From an uncultured Clostridium sp. (GTDB lineage Bacteria; Bacillota; Clostridia; Ch29): DNA of 32,000 nt. The notes under the pieces were generated by a model, which was given only the letters and a program-made list of their open reading frames with translations, searched no databases and was not told the origin of the DNA. A program made the translations under genes and the position numbers. The stretch spans positions 32,682 through 64,681 of the forward strand of contig CAZVBE010000007.1 of assembly GCA_964625335.1 (NCBI GenBank), read 5' to 3'. Shown here piece after piece: positions 1-9,716 of this stretch (positions are counted from its first letter, which is position 1; every line of letters starts with the position of its first letter).

Positions 1-282
1 CCTTCCGGCAGCGGCTACCGATACATGCTCCAGGGTACAGTTGTTTCTATCCTCAAGTCTCTTTTTTACCTGCATTACCACTTGGGCCACCTGGTCAATG
101 TCGTGAATCTGGCCGTCAAACATGCTCCGGTCCCTATGCTCCATTACTTCCATATCTGTAATTTCCAGCCTGTCCTGGCCGGCGCTGCCCCAGGCAAGCA
201 CCCCTACTACCGTTCTGGTACCTATATCAAGAGCAAATATCCTGTTTACAGATTTCTGTTCCATCCCAACCTCACCACCCAT
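1..282 (-). CDS. Actin-fold (FtsA/PilM-like) ATPase, N-terminal fragment; gene continues beyond the window start
   Basis: The reverse strand is open from ATG 282 (alternative ATG 264) to the window edge. It translates as MGGEVGMEQKSVNRIFALDIGTRTVVGVLAWGS...DGQIHDIDQVAQVVMQVKKRLE...VSVAAAGR. The LDIGT phosphate-1 motif and the DG-I-DI-----V pattern are typical of FtsA-like proteins. It lies directly downstream of nth on the same strand. Confidence 0.45.
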   Translation of the reverse strand, partial: MGGEVGMEQKSVNRIFALDIGTRTVVGVLAWGSAGQDRLEITDMEVMEHRDRSMFDGQIHDIDQVAQVVMQVKKRLEDRNNCTLEHVSVAAAGR

Positions 283-925
283 TTTTTTGGTTAAATTCGC
301 ATAAATCACACAGCGGGCACTCGCCGCACATCGGTTTTCTTGCTTTGCATACCCTTCTTCCGTGATGTATCAGCCAATGATGTGCCCTCGACCATTTGTC
401 CCGGGGAATATTCTCCATAAGCTGCTCCTCTGTTCCCCGCACATCCTTTGCCCGGGCCAGCCCCAGCCTGTTGGATACCCTGAAAACGTGGGTATCCACT
501 GCTATGGCATCCGCACCAAAGGCATTGCTAATCACCACATTTGCCGTTTTTCTGCCCACCCCCGGCAGGGATGTCAGCTCCTTAAGCGTATCCGGAATCC
601 TGCCATTGTACTTTTCCGCTATTATACGGCAGGCTTCCTTAATGTTGTTTGCTTTGGTTTTATAAAACCCGCAGGTCTTTATTATTGCTTCTATCTCGCT
701 TAAGCTTGCAGCCCCAAGGGCTTTAGCGTCCGGAAATTTTTCAAACAGCCCGGGTGTAACTTTGTTGACCTGCCTGTCGGTGGTCTGGGCAGAAAGCATT
801 GTTGCTACAAGCAGCTCATAGGGATTTTGGTGCACAAGTTCGGTGGTGGCATCCGGATAGGTCTGTTGCAATATCTCCAATATCCGTTTGTTTTTTTGAC
901 CTTCATTCGTATTACTTTGTTCCAT
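272..925 (-). CDS. nth: Endonuclease III (DNA-(apurinic/apyrimidinic site) lyase)
   Basis: 217 aa. HhH-GPD signature LPGVGRKTANVV. Catalytic region AIAVDTHVFRVSNRLG. C-terminal 4Fe-4S ligands C-X6-C-X2-C-X5-C (CKARKPMCGECPLCDLC). GGGAGG lies 6 nt upstream of the ATG. Confidence 0.95.
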   Translation of the reverse strand: MEQSNTNEGQKNKRILEILQQTYPDATTELVHQNPYELLVATMLSAQTTDRQVNKVTPGLFEKFPDAKALGAASLSEIEAIIKTCGFYKTKANNIKEACRIIAEKYNGRIPDTLKELTSLPGVGRKTANVVISNAFGADAIAVDTHVFRVSNRLGLARAKDVRGTEEQLMENIPRDKWSRAHHWLIHHGRRVCKARKPMCGECPLCDLCEFNQKNGW

Positions 926-946
926 AACAAGCCTCCCGCACCGTTT

Positions 947-1228
947 CTATATCATTTCCTTATGATATCCGGTTATCTCGACTCTGGTATCCGTTTCCAC
1001 ATACCTTACAACCGCATCCAGTACCCTGTCCACCTGCGCCGTACTGTTGGAAACAATGGAAACTCCTATGGAAGCGGCCTGCCATTTGTCGTTGTTACCA
1101 ACCTCGGATACCGATACATTATACTTATTCCTTATCCTTTCTATTATGCTTTTGAGTATTCTTCTCTTATCCTTTAAGCTCTCCGAATGATAAAGCATTA
1201 TATCAAGCCTGCATATACCCGTGAACAT
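947..1228 (-). CDS. DUF503 (YlxP-like) family protein
   Basis: The ORF track gives 947..1282. I prefer the internal ATG (MFTGICRLDIMLYHSESLKDKRRILKSIIERIRNKYNVSVSEV...) because it gives the usual ~93 aa DUF503 length and pattern (SLKEKR...NVSVAEV..D.WQ.A.IGV..VSN). A GGGGG tract lies about 10 nt upstream. Confidence 0.75.
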   Translation of the reverse strand: MFTGICRLDIMLYHSESLKDKRRILKSIIERIRNKYNVSVSEVGNNDKWQAASIGVSIVSNSTAQVDRVLDAVVRYVETDTRVEITGYHKEMI

Positions 1229-1352
1229 ATAGGCAATACCCCCAAAGTAATATAGCTTTATTATATCAAAAGAACATTGCAATTAAAATATTAATGCCGT
1301 CACAAACAAACAGCCCTGTAACAAAAGTAACCGCAGGGCTTATGCAACCATT

Positions 1353-1399
1353 AAAAAGGCTTCAAGAAACCCACTTATGTGAAGATGTTTCGTGAAGCC
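1353..1399 (-). terminator. Rho-independent terminator after kbl
   Basis: Minus-strand RNA reads GGCUUCACGAAAC-(16 nt loop)-GUUUCUUGAAGCC followed by UUUUUAA. It lies about 50 nt downstream of the kbl stop. Confidence 0.55.
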
Positions 1400-1446
1400 T
1401 AATCATCAAAAGCCGTATAAAAAAGTTTTCTTTCCTGCTGTTTGCT

Positions 1447-2640
1447 TTATAATATTTTCATTTCCCGGCCTACCTTTTGGAATATGTCTGCTGCGCGGTC
1501 AAGCTGCTGCTTTGTGTGTTCGGCGGTGACTATGGTCCTTACCCTGGCGGTACCCTTAGGTACGGTGGGGAATGCAATGCCCTGAGCGAACACTCCCTCT
1601 TCGAACAGCCTGTCGCTAAACTTCATCGCTTTTGCCTCTTGGCCTATTATTACGGGAGTTATCGGTGTTTGGCTTCTGCCTGTGTTAAATCCAAGGTCCT
1701 CCAGCTTCGCTTTGAAATACCTTGCATTGTCCCACAGCCTGTCGGTGTACTGTGTGGATTCCATAAGCATTTTCACCGCTTGTATGACCGCTCCCACCAC
1801 AGCCGGCGGATGGGCTGTGCTGAACAAAAAGGGCCTGCCCCTATGCTTGAGCCAGTCCACCAGCACCTGGGTACCGGCAACATAGCCTCCCATTACACCT
1901 ATAGCCTTTGAAAGGGTACCTATGGTAAAATCCACCCTCCCGTGAAGCCCGAAATGGTCAACAGTACCCCTGCCGCTTTCTCCCAGGACACCGCTGGCAT
2001 GGGCATCGTCAATATAGGTCATGCACTCGTACCTTTCCGCAAGCTCTACTATCTCGGGCAGCTTCGCAATATCTCCATCCATACTGAACACCCCGTCAGT
2101 GATAATAAGACGGTTCCTGTACCTGTGGCTGTTTTCCCTCAGTACCCTTTCCAGGTCATCCATATCCGAATGTTTAAACCTCACGGTTTTCGCCTTGGAA
2201 AGGCGGCAGCCGTCGATAATGCTTGCATGATTGAGCTCATCGGATATAATAAGGTCCCCGTCCTCCATAACCGCCGGAATGGTACCCGAGTTGCAGGTAA
2301 GACCCGATTGGAAAACGATAACCGCTTCCTCCCTTTTGAACTCTGCCAATACCTCTTCCATTTGATTATGTATATCCATGGTACCTATTATGGTCCTTAC
2401 CGCTCCCGCCCCTGCACCGTATTTTTCCACCGCCTGTATGGCAGCCTTTTTAAGCCGTGGGTGGTTGGCAAATCCAAGATAGTTGTTGGAAGAAAGGTTA
2501 ATTACCTCCTTGCCGTTAATAACCGACAGGGCTCCCGAAGGTCCCTGGAGCTCGGGAAGCTTACGATATACTCCCTGCTCCCTTAGTTCTCCGATTTTAT
2601 CCTTTAAATACTGCATTTCATGCACACCAGACATTTTCAT
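1447..2640 (-). CDS. kbl: Glycine C-acetyltransferase (2-amino-3-ketobutyrate CoA ligase)
   Basis: 397 aa class-II aminotransferase of the Kbl/BioF family. PLP-lysine motif [13 protein letters not shown]; also [10 protein letters not shown]. It sits immediately downstream of tdh, the classic tdh-kbl pairing. The SD is so close to the first ATG that the third codon (ATG at 2634) may be the real start. Confidence 0.9.
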   Translation of the reverse strand: MKMSGVHEMQYLKDKIGELREQGVYRKLPELQGPSGALSVINGKEVINLSSNNYLGFANHPRLKKAAIQAVEKYGAGAGAVRTIIGTMDIHNQMEEVLAEFKREEAVIVFQSGLTCNSGTIPAVMEDGDLIISDELNHASIIDGCRLSKAKTVRFKHSDMDDLERVLRENSHRYRNRLIITDGVFSMDGDIAKLPEIVELAERYECMTYIDDAHASGVLGESGRGTVDHFGLHGRVDFTIGTLSKAIGVMGGYVAGTQVLVDWLKHRGRPFLFSTAHPPAVVGAVIQAVKMLMESTQYTDRLWDNARYFKAKLEDLGFNTGRSQTPITPVIIGQEAKAMKFSDRLFEEGVFAQGIAFPTVPKGTARVRTIVTAEHTKQQLDRAADIFQKVGREMKIL

Positions 2641-2646
2641 TCCTCC

Positions 2647-3693
2647 TTACCTGTTGGGATATAGTATAACCTTGCCGCAATTGCCCGAATCCATAAGCTC
2701 CATGCCCTTTTGGTATTCTTCCAGGGAAAAATGGTGGGTAATAACCGGCTGGATATTCAGCCTTCCCGAAGCCAAAAGTCCCTTGACCCGGAACCACGTG
2801 TCGTACATCTGTCTTCCAGTTATTCCCTTCACGGTTACTCCTTTGAATATTAACTTCTCGCTCAGCTCAAGCTCCACAGGTTTTGACGGCAGTCCCAGCA
2901 GCGAAATCCTTCCCCCTCGCTTTACCATATCAAGTGACTGCTTAATGACATTAATACTGCCGGACATTTCCGCAACAACATCCACACCGTGACCGCCTGT
3001 TTCCTCAAGTATACCTTCCAATACATTCTCCCTTGACGCATTAAAGACCCTGTTGGCTCCCAACTTTTTTGCAAGGTCTATTCTGTATTCATTAATATCG
3101 CTGGCAAATACCGCAGATGCTCCCACCGCCCTTGCTACAGCGACCGCCATCAGACCTATCGGTCCGCAGCCGGTTATAAGTACCGTCCTGCCTATGATAT
3201 CTCCCGAAAGCAGCGTATGTACGGCATTCCCAAGGGGTTCCTGGATGGACGCCAGCCCGGGGTCTATGCCTTTGTCATTAACCCATGCGTTAGATTCAGG
3301 AATAGCCACATATTCGGCAAACACTCCGTCCACATCCACCCCGAGTATATGCGTGTCCATACACACATGCCCTTTTCCGGTGAGACATAAGGGACATCTG
3401 CCGCATACAATATGGGTCTCGGCCGAAACCAGGTCCCCTGCCTTTACGGAAGTGACACCCTTTCCTGTCTCTACTACCTCTCCGCAAAACTCATGACCCA
3501 TTATTTTGGGTGGCTTGATCCTGCCCTGTGCCCATTCATTCCACATATAAATGTGATGATCGGTACCGCAAATGGAAGCAGCCAAAACCTTAACCAGTAT
3601 TTCTCCGGGACCTGTGGCAGGTATATCAACCTGCAGCAGTTCACCCCCCGGTGCTGCCGTTTTCTTTACCACGGCCTTCATTTGTCCTTTCAT
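2647..3693 (-). CDS. tdh: L-threonine 3-dehydrogenase (Zn-dependent MDR family)
   Basis: Catalytic Zn ligands are in CGTDHH and GHEFCGEV. The structural Zn site is CGRCPLCLTGKGHVC. The Rossmann motif is ITGCGPIGL. I moved the start from 3786 to the ATG at 3693 (MKGQMKAVVKK...), which follows GGAGGGGGAAGATAT and gives a typical 348 aa Tdh. Confidence 0.9.
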   Translation of the reverse strand: MKGQMKAVVKKTAAPGGELLQVDIPATGPGEILVKVLAASICGTDHHIYMWNEWAQGRIKPPKIMGHEFCGEVVETGKGVTSVKAGDLVSAETHIVCGRCPLCLTGKGHVCMDTHILGVDVDGVFAEYVAIPESNAWVNDKGIDPGLASIQEPLGNAVHTLLSGDIIGRTVLITGCGPIGLMAVAVARAVGASAVFASDINEYRIDLAKKLGANRVFNASRENVLEGILEETGGHGVDVVAEMSGSINVIKQSLDMVKRGGRISLLGLPSKPVELELSEKLIFKGVTVKGITGRQMYDTWFRVKGLLASGRLNIQPVITHHFSLEEYQKGMELMDSGNCGKVILYPNR

Positions 3694-3712
3694 ATATCTT
3701 CCCCCTCCGATA

Positions 3713-3728
3713 CCGGACATATGTCCGG
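3713..3728. promoter_or_regulatory. Perfect 16-bp palindrome CCGGACATATGTCCGG in the tdh leader
   Basis: Read directly from the sequence. It lies about 5 nt upstream of the tdh SD on the transcribed strand. It could be an operator or a leader hairpin; the function is unknown. Confidence 0.3.
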
Positions 3729-3956
3729 CTATTGACTTGAAACCCTCCACTAATATTATACTATAGGTTAATCCAATTTCCTCCATACATTAAAAAAAAT
3801 GATAGCCGGCTCACTGTCATATTTGCATGGATATTTAAATACTTGCCTGCAATTCTATTATTCCTGTAATTGATTTTTATTGCCATTGGTTTTAGAATAT
3901 AATATTAGGGTAGATATAAAAATAGTTTTATTACATTCAAAAAGGAGGCTGAAAAC

Positions 3957-5126
3957 ATGGACGGCTACACACCCGAAAACCCGAATGACGGCAATTATCA
4001 CAGAGAGCACCCCCGTCGACGGTCCGGCGCCTTTAAAGCCTTTTTATTTGCCCTGATAGGGGCAATGGTGGGAAGCCTTTTTACTATCTATTTTATGCCG
4101 GTTATACTGGAAAATAATATTATTCAACCACCGCCCGGTGGTCAGTCCCAGATAATTATAGAACCAAAGCAGGACATTTCTATCGTGCCCGCAGTTGCAC
4201 AAAAAGCCACTCCTGCAGTTGTTGGGGTTACCACCGTAACCCTCCAGAGGGATATGTACTTTGGTACCCTGCGCCGGGGTCAGGGAGTGGGTTCAGGATT
4301 TATAGTAAATTCGGATGGATATATTTTAACCAATGACCATGTAATTAACAGCGGCCAGGCTGAAGAAATCACCGTTTTGTTCAACGACGGAACTGAAAAA
4401 AATGCAAAGGTTTTGTGGAACAGCAGCGCCCTTGATATGGCCGTTCTCAAGGTGGACGCCCAAAACCTGCCGGTGGTGGATTTAGGGGACAGCGATGCTC
4501 TTATAGTAGGGGAAATCGCTGTCGCCATTGGCAATCCCCTGGGGCTTGACTTTCAGCGAAGCGTTACGTCGGGAGTTATAAGCGGCCTCCACAGGACCGT
4601 TCAGTTATCTCAAACAGAAATAATGGAAGACCTGATACAAACGGATGCGTCGATAAATCCGGGTAACAGCGGCGGACCCCTTTTAGACGCCAAGGGCGAG
4701 GTAATTGGAATAAATACCGCCAAGATTTCGTCCAACGTGGCGGAAGGGCTTGGATTTGCCATACCTATAAATCAGGCCAAGCCTATATTGGAGCAGATAA
4801 TTGAAGAGGGTAAATTCACCATGGTGTATCTTGGCATAAGCGGCATTGACGTTCAGGCGGTAAGACGGCAGTTCAATATAGATATCAGCATTGATGAAGG
4901 CGTTTATGTGTTTGAAGTGGAGCAAGACACCCCTGTTGACATTGCCGGTATAACCGCCGGCGATATAATCACCGAACTAAACGGTAAGGAAATAAACGGG
5001 ATGAGCCAGCTGACCCGGGAGCTTCACAAATACAAGCCCGGTGATACCATAACTGTAACATATTACAGAGGGAAAACCGAAAACAACGTGGAGGTTAAGC
5101 TGGTTGCCCGGCCAGAGGGCCTTTAA
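3957..5126 (+). CDS. htrA: HtrA/DegP-family (S1C) serine protease with N-terminal membrane anchor and C-terminal PDZ domain
   Basis: 389 aa. TM segment FLFALIGAMVGSLFTIYFMPVIL. Catalytic triad contexts TNDHVI, DMAVLKV and GNSGGPL. PDZ-like region GITAGDIITELNGKEI. SD AAAGGAGG lies upstream. Confidence 0.9.
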   Translation: MDGYTPENPNDGNYHREHPRRRSGAFKAFLFALIGAMVGSLFTIYFMPVILENNIIQPPPGGQSQIIIEPKQDISIVPAVAQKATPAVVGVTTVTLQRDMYFGTLRRGQGVGSGFIVNSDGYILTNDHVINSGQAEEITVLFNDGTEKNAKVLWNSSALDMAVLKVDAQNLPVVDLGDSDALIVGEIAVAIGNPLGLDFQRSVTSGVISGLHRTVQLSQTEIMEDLIQTDASINPGNSGGPLLDAKGEVIGINTAKISSNVAEGLGFAIPINQAKPILEQIIEEGKFTMVYLGISGIDVQAVRRQFNIDISIDEGVYVFEVEQDTPVDIAGITAGDIITELNGKEINGMSQLTRELHKYKPGDTITVTYYRGKTENNVEVKLVARPEGL

Positions 5127-5160
5127 AAAATGTATCGGTCCTTTGACCGATACATTTTTT
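5125..5160. terminator. Bidirectional Rho-independent terminator
   Basis: AAAAAATGTATCGGTC-CTTT-GACCGATACATTTTTT lies between the convergent htrA (+) and B3/4-domain (-) genes. It has an A-run on one side and a T-run on the other. Confidence 0.8.
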
Positions 5161-5164
5161 CCTT

Positions 5165-5866
5165 TTACAGTTCCACCTCATTGTTTTGTATATTGACAAC
5201 ATGCCTTTCCACCCTGCACCCGAAATGTTTTTCAAGCAGCACGGCAAGGCGATTTCTTGCCTCCAGCATTCTGTTGCAGTTTTCTCCCATAAAACCGTCA
5301 ATAGGGAAAAATATATTGCGGCTGTCAGCGGTTACCTTGCCCCTGTCGCTCTGCCGCCATATCCATTTTCTTGTCCTTATTCTTTTATCATCCGCGTAAA
5401 CAAGCTCTCCGGGCTCCACCGCTTCCTGTTCAGTTTCCCCCAGCGGTATAAAGGTATCGCCTTCTGTGGCAAACCTTACGGCTATATCTCCCTCAAGGGC
5501 ATCCATATCATGGGCCCCCATCGGAAGCATATATTCCATGGATACCGCATTGGCAAGGTCCACCACCGGATTTATCGATGGCAGGACACCACCCTTTGCC
5601 ACTCTCTTTACCATAGCCTCGATGGAACTCATGTATTTGTTGGGATTATACCCCAGTTTGGAGAATGCCATCCTGTAAGGGACTATTTTCCTGTTTGTCT
5701 TAATATCAGTGTCACCTATTTCTTCCCTTATCTTCTCCATTGAAGTCCTTAAGAGTTCTTTGGCTTCCTGTTCCCAAACCCTGTTGTCTATACCGTATGC
5801 CGCCACTACTGCAAAACAAACATTTGGCAGCCCTTCAAACACCTCAGGATATACTATGAATTTCAT
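5165..5866 (-). CDS. B3/B4 tRNA-binding domain protein (PheT B3_4-like, COG3382 type)
   Basis: 233 aa. The overall pattern matches stand-alone B3/4 domain proteins as I remember them (N-terminal ...VCFAVVAAYGIDN..., central SINPVVDLANAVSMEYMLPMGAHD). Recognised by eye only. Confidence 0.7.
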   Translation of the reverse strand: MKFIVYPEVFEGLPNVCFAVVAAYGIDNRVWEQEAKELLRTSMEKIREEIGDTDIKTNRKIVPYRMAFSKLGYNPNKYMSSIEAMVKRVAKGGVLPSINPVVDLANAVSMEYMLPMGAHDMDALEGDIAVRFATEGDTFIPLGETEQEAVEPGELVYADDKRIRTRKWIWRQSDRGKVTADSRNIFFPIDGFMGENCNRMLEARNRLAVLLEKHFGCRVERHVVNIQNNEVEL

Positions 5867-5923
5867 TGAACTCCCTCCTTTTCACTTTTTAGGTTACCCG
5901 CATAAAAATATATAAATCTGTTA

Positions 5924-7015
5924 TTATGACTGTGCCAACCCTTCAAGGGCAGCCTTAACCTCTTTCAAGACATATTCGTTCTTCTCGCAGTCGAGGCTTT
6001 CTGTGAGCATTTCCCTTGCTCTTTCTCCGTCTATTTGTCCCACTGCCCAGGCAGCATGCCCCCTGATAGTGGGCGACGGATGCTCCAGCGCCGTTTTCAG
6101 GGCTCCTAAACCCTTCTTATCTCCGAGGTTGCCAAGGGCTATTACTGCGTTTCTTTTAAGGAGGTTTAGCCCCCTCCAGCCCAAAGCACTGTGCCTGTAC
6201 CTTCTGTCAAACTCCGTCCTGTCCATGTTGACCAGTTCCTCCAACCCAACACTGTTTTCCTCCCCTTTACAAAGACTGCTGCTGCTGTTATGGGGACAAC
6301 TCAAAAGGCACCTGTCGCATCCATAAACACTGGTTCCCATTTTGCCCCTTATTTCCCGGGGTATAACACCCCTTTTTTGTGTCAGAAAGGAAATGCATTT
6401 CCGGGCATCCAGTGTATAGGGTTTTACCAGTGCGCCGGTGGGACAGTTTTCAATACAACGGGTACATCTGCCGCAATCGCCTTCCAGGGGACTATCCGGC
6501 TCAAGCTCCAGGTTTGTCAGCATCTCTCCCAGAAATACCCCCGACCCCGATGAAGGGGTGATTATGGAACAGTTCTTACCATACCATCCTATACCTGACC
6601 GGCAGGCAACCTCCCTGTCTGCAAGGGGTCCCGTATCTACCATAATTGCGTACCGGAATCCTTCCACCCTTTCGGAAATATACCCGGCAGATTGCTCCAG
6701 TTTTGATTTAAGCAGCCGGTGATAATCCTCCCCCGTTGCGCTTCCGCTAATAGTTCCGTTCAGGCCCATGGTCTGCATATTTTGATAAAGAGCGTAGGGA
6801 TAAGCAACGGCGATTATTGACCTCACCCAGTCATAGTGCACACATGGGCAGCATCGTTCCTGCAGGCTTCCCTTTTCAAAGCCCGACAGATAGCCCGAAC
6901 TTCGTCTTTCGTCCAGTACCTTTTCCAGCCTTTCAAAGGGCCCGGGATGGGTAAATCCCACAGAGCATACTCCCAGTTGTGTTATATATTCCCTGATTTG
7001 CTCCTTTGTAATCAT
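5924..7015 (-). CDS. queG: tRNA epoxyqueuosine(34) reductase
   Basis: Two ferredoxin-type clusters (CGRCTRCIENCP and CDRCLLSCP). C-terminal HEAT-like repeat region (ALGNLGDKKGLGALKTALEHPSPTIRGHAAWAVGQI). I chose the start at ATG 7015 (MITKEQIREYI) because GGAGG lies 9 nt upstream of it. Confidence 0.9.
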   Translation of the reverse strand: MITKEQIREYITQLGVCSVGFTHPGPFERLEKVLDERRSSGYLSGFEKGSLQERCCPCVHYDWVRSIIAVAYPYALYQNMQTMGLNGTISGSATGEDYHRLLKSKLEQSAGYISERVEGFRYAIMVDTGPLADREVACRSGIGWYGKNCSIITPSSGSGVFLGEMLTNLELEPDSPLEGDCGRCTRCIENCPTGALVKPYTLDARKCISFLTQKRGVIPREIRGKMGTSVYGCDRCLLSCPHNSSSSLCKGEENSVGLEELVNMDRTEFDRRYRHSALGWRGLNLLKRNAVIALGNLGDKKGLGALKTALEHPSPTIRGHAAWAVGQIDGERAREMLTESLDCEKNEYVLKEVKAALEGLAQS

Positions 7016-7439
7016 ACAAAAATGCCTCCATAACATTCAATTATTTCTACTATAGAACAGTTTTTTATATTATACCACGCCTGTCAATTCAAATTATCGA
7101 TATATGTCGTTAATATGACAAGGTGCCTTATCAGCGCCGTCATTGGCGTCTAGTATGTTATAAAACAATAAAACACTAATTATTTTGTTTGCGCGTATTT
7201 AGCGAAAACTGTCTGACAATGAACCCACGAAGCAAAGTATCCGTTTTATTGAAGAAAAGCAAATGACCCATTAGGACAAGTTTCTTATAGGATTGGTGCT
7301 AATATTGAATTGTCAACGCATGTGACAGGCGGGCCAAGGCTTCGGCAGGAAATGGGAGAGGGGGTGATGAACGGATCCGACTGCTTCACTGAGGGCCCGG
7401 CCAAAGGATAGAATTAAAATAAAAGGAAGGAGAGAAAAA

Positions 7440-9716
7440 ATGAAAAAGCGAATTTGGTTAATTTTACTTACAGCAGCTTTGGTTTTAGGTCTTACATTGC
7501 CCACCGCCTTAGCAGCACCTTACTGGGATGCACCGGTAGATTATTCGGAGGGTTCAAGAACCTACACCAACTATACATACTATTCCGAAATAGCGCAGAT
7601 TTTGAGGGATATTGAAACCACCAGCAACCGTGTTCAAATCGAGGTTATAGGCCAATCAGCCGCAGGCCACGACCTTTTCCTGGCAATTGTTTCGGATCCA
7701 TCATCCGGAGGCAGGCTGGGAAGATATCAGGCTTTCCGCAATACAATGCTCAAAGACCCCCAAAAAGCCCAGGAAATGATGGAACAGGGCAATGCAGATT
7801 TCAAGGTTCCCATATTCATTAATGCCAGTATCCACGGGAATGAACCGACGGGAACGGACGCCGCCCTCAGGATGCTAAAAACCCTGGCTTATGAAGATAC
7901 CGAAGAGGTTCAAAACATTCTGGAAAACACCATCGTTTTAATCAACATTTCCCAAAACCCCGACGGCAGAATAGTAAAAACCAGAGCCAACAGTGTGGGC
8001 ACCGATGTAAACAGGGATTTCATTACCCAGTCCCAGCCCGAATCGAAAATAACGGTTGAGCAGATAGTAAGATGGAACCCGATGATTTTCCTTGACCTGC
8101 ACGGCCATGTTAATCCTATGCTGATAGAGCCCTGCACGCCCCCCCACAACCCCAACTACGAATACGACCTGTTTATAAAATGGGCCTTTGACCAGGCAGT
8201 GGCTATGGGTGAAGCGGTTAAGGCAAATACAAGCTATAATTACCAGATTCCCTACCGTGACAGAGCTGCAGGCTGGGATGATTACCCACCTATTTTCACC
8301 CCCATGTATGCCATGTACCACGGGGCCTATGGCCATACGCTCGAAACGCCAAGGGCAAGCAACGAGGGACTGGATGCCCATTATTACGCCATTATGGCGG
8401 CGGCCACCTTTGCTGCCGACAACAAAATGGAGATGTTCCATGACCAGATAGAAATCTACAAGCGGGGCATAACTTCATACTTCCAGGACGAAAAGGGATT
8501 CCCGGAGGCTTACATTATACCTGTAGACAAAGACAACCAGATGGACCCCATACAGGCTGCCCGGGTGGTGGATTTCTTACTATTTAACGACATTGAAGTC
8601 AAGGAAGCCCGCCGTCCCTTTACGGCAGACGGAGCAGAATACCCCGCCGGAACCTATGTGGTCATGATGAACCAGCCCAAGCGGGGCCTTGCCAATACCA
8701 TACTGTGGGAAGGCGAAGACATAAGCGATGATATAAGCTCCATGTACGATATCTCGGGCTGGAACATTCCCGAAACGTGGGGTATAAACCGTGTGGCGGT
8801 AACATCGGGGTTCAATGCCCAGCTAACCGATGTGAACAAAGCCGGCTATCCCAAGGGTACAATACCCTCCCAGGCCCAATACTATGTGATACCCAACTAC
8901 ACAAACAATGCAATTAAAGCCGTAAACAGACTCCTTGACCTTGATTTGCCGGTTGGCATGGTGAGCGGGGAACTTGAAGGCTTTGGCGCAGGCGCCTTTT
9001 TGGTTCCTGCCAAAGGAAACAACCAGGTAATGGGTGAACTGGCCCGTGAATACAACCTGGAGATTGGCGGCGTTTCAGAGGCTGATGTTGAGGTAAAAGA
9101 ACTGCGTAAACCCAAAATTGCGGTTCACACGCCCTGGGACGCTGAGTTTGTACTTGAAAATATGGGCTTTGACGTCGAATACTTAAGCGAAACGGCGGTC
9201 AGGAATAATATACAGGATTACGACGTACTTGTGAACTATTACAACAGGACAAATGCTGCTACCAGAAACGCTGTTCGCGGCTTTGTATCCGGCGGCGGAG
9301 GGTATGTGGGCCTTGGCGCAAACAGTATAGCCATGGCTGCTAATACGGGCCTTTTGGATGTCAGCTACAATTCCGGAGGTTCAAACGACAATGGTGTAAT
9401 CCGGGTTACTAACGACCCCGGTGCCCTGGTCACCGCCAACTATCCCGCAGAAGGCTTCGGCTTTGTTTACCGTCCCGGATGGATTACCCGGGTGGGAGAA
9501 GGCGTCAGTGTGGCAGCCACCATCATTGACAGCCCGGATTTCTTCATGGCCGGCCACTGGAGGAACAGAAAAGATGCCCAGGGAAGCCCTGTAATAGCAT
9601 ACGGCGATTACGGTGAAGGAAAAGCTGTCGTTTTCGGGACCGAGCCTGTTTTCAGGGCCCATCCGGAAGGGTATTTCCGCTCGGTTGCCAATGCAATTTT
9701 TTATACCCTGGACTAG
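7440..9716 (+). CDS. Secreted M14-family zinc carboxypeptidase-like protein (758 aa) with a long C-terminal extension
   Basis: Signal peptide MKKRIWLILLTAALVLGLTLPTALAAP. M14 zinc/active-site contexts IHGNEPTG, NPDGR, DVNRDF and DLHGH. The C-terminal third (IAVHTPWDAEF...YDVLVNYY...FVSGGGGYVGLGANS) resembles a GATase1/ThuA-like fold. SD AAGGAAGGAGAG. Confidence 0.85.
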   Translation: MKKRIWLILLTAALVLGLTLPTALAAPYWDAPVDYSEGSRTYTNYTYYSEIAQILRDIETTSNRVQIEVIGQSAAGHDLFLAIVSDPSSGGRLGRYQAFRNTMLKDPQKAQEMMEQGNADFKVPIFINASIHGNEPTGTDAALRMLKTLAYEDTEEVQNILENTIVLINISQNPDGRIVKTRANSVGTDVNRDFITQSQPESKITVEQIVRWNPMIFLDLHGHVNPMLIEPCTPPHNPNYEYDLFIKWAFDQAVAMGEAVKANTSYNYQIPYRDRAAGWDDYPPIFTPMYAMYHGAYGHTLETPRASNEGLDAHYYAIMAAATFAADNKMEMFHDQIEIYKRGITSYFQDEKGFPEAYIIPVDKDNQMDPIQAARVVDFLLFNDIEVKEARRPFTADGAEYPAGTYVVMMNQPKRGLANTILWEGEDISDDISSMYDISGWNIPETWGINRVAVTSGFNAQLTDVNKAGYPKGTIPSQAQYYVIPNYTNNAIKAVNRLLDLDLPVGMVSGELEGFGAGAFLVPAKGNNQVMGELAREYNLEIGGVSEADVEVKELRKPKIAVHTPWDAEFVLENMGFDVEYLSETAVRNNIQDYDVLVNYYNRTNAATRNAVRGFVSGGGGYVGLGANSIAMAANTGLLDVSYNSGGSNDNGVIRVTNDPGALVTANYPAEGFGFVYRPGWITRVGEGVSVAATIIDSPDFFMAGHWRNRKDAQGSPVIAYGDYGEGKAVVFGTEPVFRAHPEGYFRSVANAIFYTLD

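Noticed and set aside
25-304. Plus-strand ORFs at the window start (25..294 and 122..304).
   Set aside because: They are antisense to an open minus-strand frame with a clear actin-fold ATPase N-terminus (LDIGT motif) that follows nth. The plus-strand translations have no motifs.
1942-2586. Long antisense ORFs opposite well-supported genes: 1942..2586, 5186..5743, 10735..11358, 12499..13008, 26894..27466 and 31469..31975.
   Set aside because: Each lies entirely inside, and antisense to, a gene with clear family motifs. Their translations are low-complexity or Arg/Ser/Pro-rich, have no recognisable domains and lack SD sequences. Open antisense frames like these are expected by chance in moderately GC-rich coding DNA.
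7300-7410. The M14 leader as a c-di-GMP, c-di-AMP (ydaO) or glycine riboswitch.
   Set aside because: It has none of the conserved cores: GGCAAACC...GGGACGCAAAGCC, UGCAACCGACC, the ACGGGG/GGGGUGAAUCC pairs, or GGAGAG...CACCGAAGGGGCAA.
7313-7504. 63-aa minus-strand ORF overlapping the start of the first M14 gene.
   Set aside because: It overlaps the SD and signal-peptide coding region of a well-supported gene on the opposite strand, and it has no SD or recognisable features.
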